Origin: an uncultured Gemmatimonadales bacterium
GTDB lineage: Bacteria > Gemmatimonadota > Gemmatimonadetes > Gemmatimonadales > Gemmatimonadaceae
Length of the DNA stretch: 64,000 bases
Assembly (NCBI GenBank): GCA_963701965.1
Contig: OY969695.1
Coordinates: 1,312,001 to 1,376,000, forward strand
Reading direction: 5' to 3'
The notes under the pieces were generated by a model. That model had not been told where the DNA came from and did not search any database. It saw only the letters and a list, made by a program, of their open reading frames with translations. The position numbers were made by a program, and so were the translations under genes. This document shows, piece after piece, positions 59,086-64,000 of this stretch. Within the stretch, counting starts at the first letter, position 1. Each line of letters starts with the position of its first letter.

Positions 59086-59913
59086 TTACGGCGATCCGAG
59101 ACGGTGGCTCGTGTCCTGGTAGTGGGCCGTCTGCGGATAGGTCTTCACACCCGCGCCGGTATAGACATTGAGCTCGCCCGATGCGTCGGCGGTATGGATA
59201 CCGGACATCCAGCGGCCCGTCGACGGCGCGAACACGTAGACGGCGGTGCCGGAGCCGCGGAGCACGGAGGCGGACCCGGGGTTGCCATTGCGCGCCAGAG
59301 TCGTGAAGGTCGTCGAGTTGGTCTCGGTCCCGCTCACGACCAGCGCGGAGGCACTGTCGATCGTCGTATCCCGCTCGGCCCGATAGTGCAAGATCGTACG
59401 GTACGCGAGGCGATCGCCGTGTATCGTCGATTGCAGGTTGATCGTATCCGACCACTCGGCGCCGACGGCCAGTGGCGCGTCGGGGAGATGCGGGAAGATC
59501 CGCGCCAGGTCCAGCTTGAAGTCGACGATCCGCGTGATGGAGTCCGGCAGCGCGGGTTCGGCCAGCACGTCCACACGGCCGCGGGCATCCATCCGCACCA
59601 CGAACGGACGGCCCAAGACCGCGGAAGCGCTGGGCTGCACGTGCCCGCGCGGCGTGAACCGGCCGGCCTCCAGGCGGTCGAGCCAGACGAGCGCCGAATC
59701 ACCGCCAAGAAAGGTCATCCCGATCGATTCGTCGGTCGCCACCGATTCCTCGACGGGACCCTGCGGCCAATCGGTGATGACGCTCACGGTCGATTGCCGC
59801 TGGTAGCGCGCGGTGTCGCCAATGTTGCGCGCGTACCCCTGCACCGTCTGTCCGGCGAGCGCGGACGGGACAGCGAGCAGCACGACGAGGGACGCAACTT
59901 TGTGATGTGGCAT
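59086..59913 (-). CDS. Secreted hypothetical beta-rich protein
   Basis: Signal peptide, PHLPDAPLAVGAEWSDT motif, alternating beta-strand pattern. Confidence 0.6.
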   Translation of the reverse strand: MPHHKVASLVVLLAVPSALAGQTVQGYARNIGDTARYQRQSTVSVITDWPQGPVEESVATDESIGMTFLGGDSALVWLDRLEAGRFTPRGHVQPSASAVLGRPFVVRMDARGRVDVLAEPALPDSITRIVDFKLDLARIFPHLPDAPLAVGAEWSDTINLQSTIHGDRLAYRTILHYRAERDTTIDSASALVVSGTETNSTTFTTLARNGNPGSASVLRGSGTAVYVFAPSTGRWMSGIHTADASGELNVYTGAGVKTYPQTAHYQDTSHRLGSP

Positions 59914-59964
59914 CATCCCCCTGACGATCGACGTCGCCCCCAGGCTACATGGCTGGTGGTGGTG

Positions 59965-60897
59965 ATGCTCGCGCTCGCCCCGTGCGCCGTCCACGCCCAA
60001 TCGCTGCTCGAGCTGCGGGCCCAGGACAGCAACGGCAAGCTGGTCGTGGGGCGGGCGTTCTCCCGGTCGCCCGACGACGAATACACCAACGGCGCGCGCT
60101 TCGACGCGGTGTTCGCCGGATCGCCGCTCTGGGGAGGCCTGTTCGGCTCGCGTCTCACGCCATGCGACGGCCAGGCGGGCGACCGCGCCTGCGCCACGAC
60201 CGCGCTCTCGTTCGGTCAGGACATGTACACGCCGCGCTATTCCTTCATCACGCCATATCCGGTCTACGGCCAGCGGCCGTACGCGGGATGGCTATACGTG
60301 TCGGCCACCGCGCGATACGGCTCGGCGCGAGCGTCGAACGCGCTGACGCTGGAAGCGGGCGTCACTGGCGAGCCGTCTCTGGCGAACCAGCTCCAGAACG
60401 CCGTGCACCGCCTCTTCAACTACATCCCGACCCTCGGCTGGTCGCACCAGATCCCGTTCCAGCCGGGCTTCGACGTGACGTACACGCACGAGCAGCGCAT
60501 CGCGCACGCCACGATCGCCGGCGTTCCCGTCCTGAGCGTCACCCCGTACGTCACCGGCTCGGCCGGCAACGTACTCACCGGCGCCACGGCGGGCCTTCAG
60601 GGTCGCGTCGGATATCGCGTCGACGCCATCGGCTCGCCGTTCTCACTCTACGCGCTCGGCGGCGTCCGCGAGGATTGGGTGTGGCGCGAGCTGGTGCTCG
60701 ACGAGGGCACCAACTCGGATCCCAGCCTCAGGGTCACCAAGGTGCCTTGGGTCAACCAGAATGAGATCGGCGCCGGGATCAGGCTGTGGACGATCGAGGC
60801 CGAATATCGCATTTTCCAACGCGGCCGCGAATACGTAACCGGCCCTGCCCAACACACGTACGGGCTCATATCGCTCGGGATGCGCACACGGTGGTGA
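59965..60897 (+). CDS. LpxR/DUF2219-family outer-membrane lipid A deacylase-like protein
   Basis: DDEYTNG, GQDMYTP, RPYAGWLY, QNAVH, GWSHQI and C-terminal aromatic residue. Confidence 0.82.
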   Translation: MLALAPCAVHAQSLLELRAQDSNGKLVVGRAFSRSPDDEYTNGARFDAVFAGSPLWGGLFGSRLTPCDGQAGDRACATTALSFGQDMYTPRYSFITPYPVYGQRPYAGWLYVSATARYGSARASNALTLEAGVTGEPSLANQLQNAVHRLFNYIPTLGWSHQIPFQPGFDVTYTHEQRIAHATIAGVPVLSVTPYVTGSAGNVLTGATAGLQGRVGYRVDAIGSPFSLYALGGVREDWVWRELVLDEGTNSDPSLRVTKVPWVNQNEIGAGIRLWTIEAEYRIFQRGREYVTGPAQHTYGLISLGMRTRW

Positions 60898-60912
60898 TCA
60901 AATAGCCATTGG

Positions 60913-60941
60913 TTGACTAGTTATATTATAACTAGTATACT
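60913..60941 (+). promoter_or_regulatory. Sigma70 promoter with a perfect 21-bp palindromic operator, upstream of padR
   Basis: TTGACT(60913)-17 bp-TATACT(60936); ACTAGTTATA-T-TATAACTAGT (60916-60936); ATG 7 nt downstream. Confidence 0.85.
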
Positions 60942-60948
60942 CAGGACT

Positions 60949-61560
60949 ATGAGCCCACACCGCTCGCCGCTCGCCCTGGCCGTACTGGCGCTCCTTCGCG
61001 AGTCCCCGATGCACCCCTACCGGATGCAGCTGCTGCTCCGGGAGCGGGGGAAGCACGACGTCATCAACGTCCGCCAACGGGGCAGTCTCTACCAGACCAT
61101 TTCCCGCCTGCTGCGCGAAGGACTGATCACTGTCCGCGAGACGACGCGCGAAGAAAATCGGCCCGAGCGCACGGTCTACGCGCTCACCGAGGCGGGGCGC
61201 GAGACAGCGGAGACCTGGATGCGCGAGATGCTGTCGACTCCCAAGCAGGAGTTTCCCGATTTTCCGGCGGCGATCTCATTCCTGCCTCTGCTCACGCCCG
61301 AGGACGCCCGGCGGGCGCTGGAAGCGCGCGTCATCGCGCTCTCGGGCGAGCTCGCCCGTATCGATTCGGAGCTTCCGCTCATCGGACAAAGCGTGCCCCG
61401 TCTCTTCTTGCTGGAGGTGGAATATGTGCGCGCGATGCTGGCGACGGAGTTGGAGTGGGTTCGACGCGTGATCGACGACTTGCGCAGCAAACAGCTCACG
61501 TGGAGCGAAGCGTGGCTGCGCGATGTCGCCGACAAACTCACTGGACCATCCACCGAGTAG
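60949..61560 (+). CDS. PadR-family transcriptional regulator
   Basis: LALAVLALLRESPMHPY, GSLYQTISRL, RPERTVYALTEAGR. Confidence 0.92.
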   Translation: MSPHRSPLALAVLALLRESPMHPYRMQLLLRERGKHDVINVRQRGSLYQTISRLLREGLITVRETTREENRPERTVYALTEAGRETAETWMREMLSTPKQEFPDFPAAISFLPLLTPEDARRALEARVIALSGELARIDSELPLIGQSVPRLFLLEVEYVRAMLATELEWVRRVIDDLRSKQLTWSEAWLRDVADKLTGPSTE

Positions 61561-61567
61561 GTCATCC

Positions 61568-62914
61568 ATGTCATTCCACGTCATCATCATTGGTGCCGGC
61601 ACCGGAGGACTGTGCCTGGCCCACGGACTCCGGCGCGCCGGCATCAGCGTCGCCGTGTATGAGCGCGATCGTACGCGCACCGACGGCTTGCAGGGCTACC
61701 GCGTCGGCATCAGCCCGGACGGCAGCCGGGCGCTGCACGAGTGCCTCCCACCGGCGTTGTACGACACATTCGTCGCGACGTGCGCGCGGGGGCCGCGGTA
61801 CTTCAACATGGTCACCGAGCAGATGTCGGAGCTCCTGACCCTACCCGTCCCATTGGCGGGCGATCCGGTACGAAGCGAGAAATCGGTCAGCCGCATGACG
61901 CTGCGCCAGGTGCTGCTGACCGGGGTCGAGGACATCGTGCACTTCGACAAACGGTTCGCGCACTACGTCTCCCATCCCGAAGAGGGCAAAGTCACGGCGG
62001 TGTTCGAGGACGGCACGTGGGCCACCGGCGATCTCTTGATCGCCGCCGACGGCTCGGGCTCGCGCGTGCGCAAGCAGTACCTGCCCCACGCCCGGCTGGA
62101 GGACACCGGCATCCGCAGCATTGGCGCCAAAGTGCCGCTCACGCCGGAGACCAAGGGGCTGTTGCCGGATCGGGTCTTCAACGGACTCACGCTGGTCATG
62201 GCGCCCAAGGGCTACGGCGCGATCCTGCACGTCATGGAGTTCCCATGGGATCGGGACGGCCTCACCGGGGGCATCGGCGGCAATGACGCCGACCTGCTCG
62301 CGCGTTGGCCCGGCATGTTGTACGACAACACACGCGACTACATCATGTGGGGGTTCTGGGCGGCCCGCGACAAGTTCGCCATCGACCCCGTCGCTGCGCC
62401 GCGCGAAATGCTCAAGCAGATGACGTTGGACATGACGCGGGGCTGGCATCCGAGCTTACGGGAGTTGGTGCGGCAGTCCGATCCGTCGACGCAATTCGGC
62501 ATGGCCATCCGGACGTCGGTGCCGGTCGACCCCTGGCCCACGACCAACATTACGCTCCTCGGCGACGCGATTCACACCATGACGCCCGGCCGCGGGGTCG
62601 GCGCCAACACGGCGCTCCGCGACGCGGCCCTCTTGTGCCGAAACGTCATTGCCGCGCGCGGCGGCGAGATGACGCTGCACCAGGCGGTTCACGCGTACGA
62701 GGCCGAAATGATCCGCTACGGCTTCGCGGCCGTGCAGGACTCGCGGAGGCAGATGAACAGCGCGGACCCGATCCACAAGCCGGTCGTCGGGCGGGTCGTC
62801 CTCGCCGCGATGCGCGGCAGCATGCGCGTCGTGAACCGCGTGCCGCCGCTCAAGCGGCGCATGATCGACCATCAGCTGCGGGGCCGGGACACCGCGGCCG
62901 CCGAGGTAACCTAG
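61568..62914 (+). CDS. FAD-dependent monooxygenase
   Basis: IIGAGTGGL, VYERD, AADG, TLLGDAIHTMTPGRGVGANTALRDA. Confidence 0.92.
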   Translation: MSFHVIIIGAGTGGLCLAHGLRRAGISVAVYERDRTRTDGLQGYRVGISPDGSRALHECLPPALYDTFVATCARGPRYFNMVTEQMSELLTLPVPLAGDPVRSEKSVSRMTLRQVLLTGVEDIVHFDKRFAHYVSHPEEGKVTAVFEDGTWATGDLLIAADGSGSRVRKQYLPHARLEDTGIRSIGAKVPLTPETKGLLPDRVFNGLTLVMAPKGYGAILHVMEFPWDRDGLTGGIGGNDADLLARWPGMLYDNTRDYIMWGFWAARDKFAIDPVAAPREMLKQMTLDMTRGWHPSLRELVRQSDPSTQFGMAIRTSVPVDPWPTTNITLLGDAIHTMTPGRGVGANTALRDAALLCRNVIAARGGEMTLHQAVHAYEAEMIRYGFAAVQDSRRQMNSADPIHKPVVGRVVLAAMRGSMRVVNRVPPLKRRMIDHQLRGRDTAAAEVT

Positions 62915-64000
62915 TGGAGAGGAAGTCCCGTCGTGTGCGGGTTGAAGGCAATACCGACGCCGCTCACGGTGTCGGGGCTGCTGATGGTGATCGCGGGTGC
63001 GGGGTTTCCTCCGCCCGCGATCTGCGCCGCAGTGAACTCTCCGATGAGGCGGTCGAAGGCATTGGCGAACCAGAGACTGCCGCTGGCGTCGAACGCGACG
63101 CCGGTCGGGAGTGGCCCGAACTGGCCCCCGGTCAGCGTGAACGTCACCACAGCGGCCGGACTGCCGCTGACCGTCAGCGCGCTCACCGGGATCTCCACGA
63201 TGCGACCGTGTCCAATCGCATTGCCATCGTACGCCGAGTTGGCGACCCACAGGTTGCCGCGCTCGTCGAAGGCGATGCCGTTGGGGAACGCGACTGCGCT
63301 GCTGGTGAGGGTCACCGCAGGCGTTGGACTGCCGCTCGTGTGAAGCTGGCTCACCGAGTATTCGACGATGCTACTGACGGCGTTGTTGGCGACCCACAGG
63401 TTTCCCTGCGCGTCGAACGCGAGACTGATCGGCTCCTGCAACCCAAACTGCGTCGCGGGGACCTCCTGTATGGTCACGGTCGGTGTGGGCGTACCGCTGG
63501 ACGTCAGCTGTGACGCCGTGAACTCGACAATGTTATTGGCGAGGTTGTTGCCAACCCACAGATTCCCCTGCGCGTCGAACCCCAGCGCGTAAGAAAAACT
63601 CTGCGACGGCAGCGTCAACGTCACGGCAGGCGTCGGCGCGCCACTCGCTCCCAACTGATCGGCCGTGTACTCGACGACCGTGCTCGAGTTGTCGTTGACC
63701 ACCCACATGTTGCCATTCTTGTCGAAGGCGACGCCGCTGGCATTGATGTTTCCGCCCGCTGTCACCGGGAAGTCGAGCTTGACCGCCGATCGGATCGCGC
63801 CCGACGATCCGAGCTGCGCCGCGGTGTACTCGATCGCGGTGTTGGCGACGTTGGTACCGGAAGCGGACCCGCCCACGATCCATAGTGCCCCACTGCCCGT
63901 GCGCGCCGTTACTGTGACGCTGGCCGTGGCCGTATGTCCCGCGGCTACGGGAGCCGGACTCCCGGTGATCGTGGCGCCGTAGGCCACACCGACGACGGGT
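62911..64000 (-). CDS. NHL-repeat beta-propeller surface protein (5' end outside window)
   Basis: Five ~52-aa repeats of (G/S)xAFDxxGNLWVxN...IVEYTxxQLxxSGxPxPAVT. Confidence 0.8.
   Translation of the reverse strand, partial: PVVGVAYGATITGSPAPVAAGHTATASVTVTARTGSGALWIVGGSASGTNVANTAIEYTAAQLGSSGAIRSAVKLDFPVTAGGNINASGVAFDKNGNMWVVNDNSSTVVEYTADQLGASGAPTPAVTLTLPSQSFSYALGFDAQGNLWVGNNLANNIVEFTASQLTSSGTPTPTVTIQEVPATQFGLQEPISLAFDAQGNLWVANNAVSSIVEYSVSQLHTSGSPTPAVTLTSSAVAFPNGIAFDERGNLWVANSAYDGNAIGHGRIVEIPVSALTVSGSPAAVVTFTLTGGQFGPLPTGVAFDASGSLWFANAFDRLIGEFTAAQIAGGGNPAPAITISSPDTVSGVGIAFNPHTTGLPLH

Noticed and set aside
62911..63900. Regularly spaced DNA repeats as a CRISPR array
   Set aside because: The repeats are degenerate, in frame and protein-coding (NHL blades), and there are no cas genes.

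Overview
High-GC bacterial chromosomal window. Gene content and order suggest Gemmatimonadota (inference only). The left ~37 kb is mostly core genes: typA (partial), pilT, a CDF transporter, a CBS/hemolysin-family protein, pdxA with two parvulin PPIases and mfd, BatA/DUF58, lepA-GT9-ROK-PfkB, a STAS/GHKL pair, a trans-sulfuration enzyme, ftsEX-envC, a heavy-metal RND system and pckA. The right ~27 kb is accessory: transporters, stress proteins, regulators with their likely targets, secreted beta-propellers, and a decayed M16 peptidase pair split by a 1241-bp IS3-family element. Best candidates for a second look: (1) a signal/TM + His-CxxC + RAPP leader ORF directly upstream of the czcCBA-like efflux operon, possibly a metal-sensing ribosome-arrest switch; (2) a STAS-GHKL kinase / STAS-wHTH / small beta-barrel module between the sugar kinases and ftsEX; (3) widespread leaderless gene starts, three of them with palindromic operators in the promoter; (4) an IS3 element with GG...CC ends instead of TG...CA. 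Several single-base frameshifts in otherwise intact genes may be assembly errors. I recognised no rRNA, tRNA or CRISPR array.
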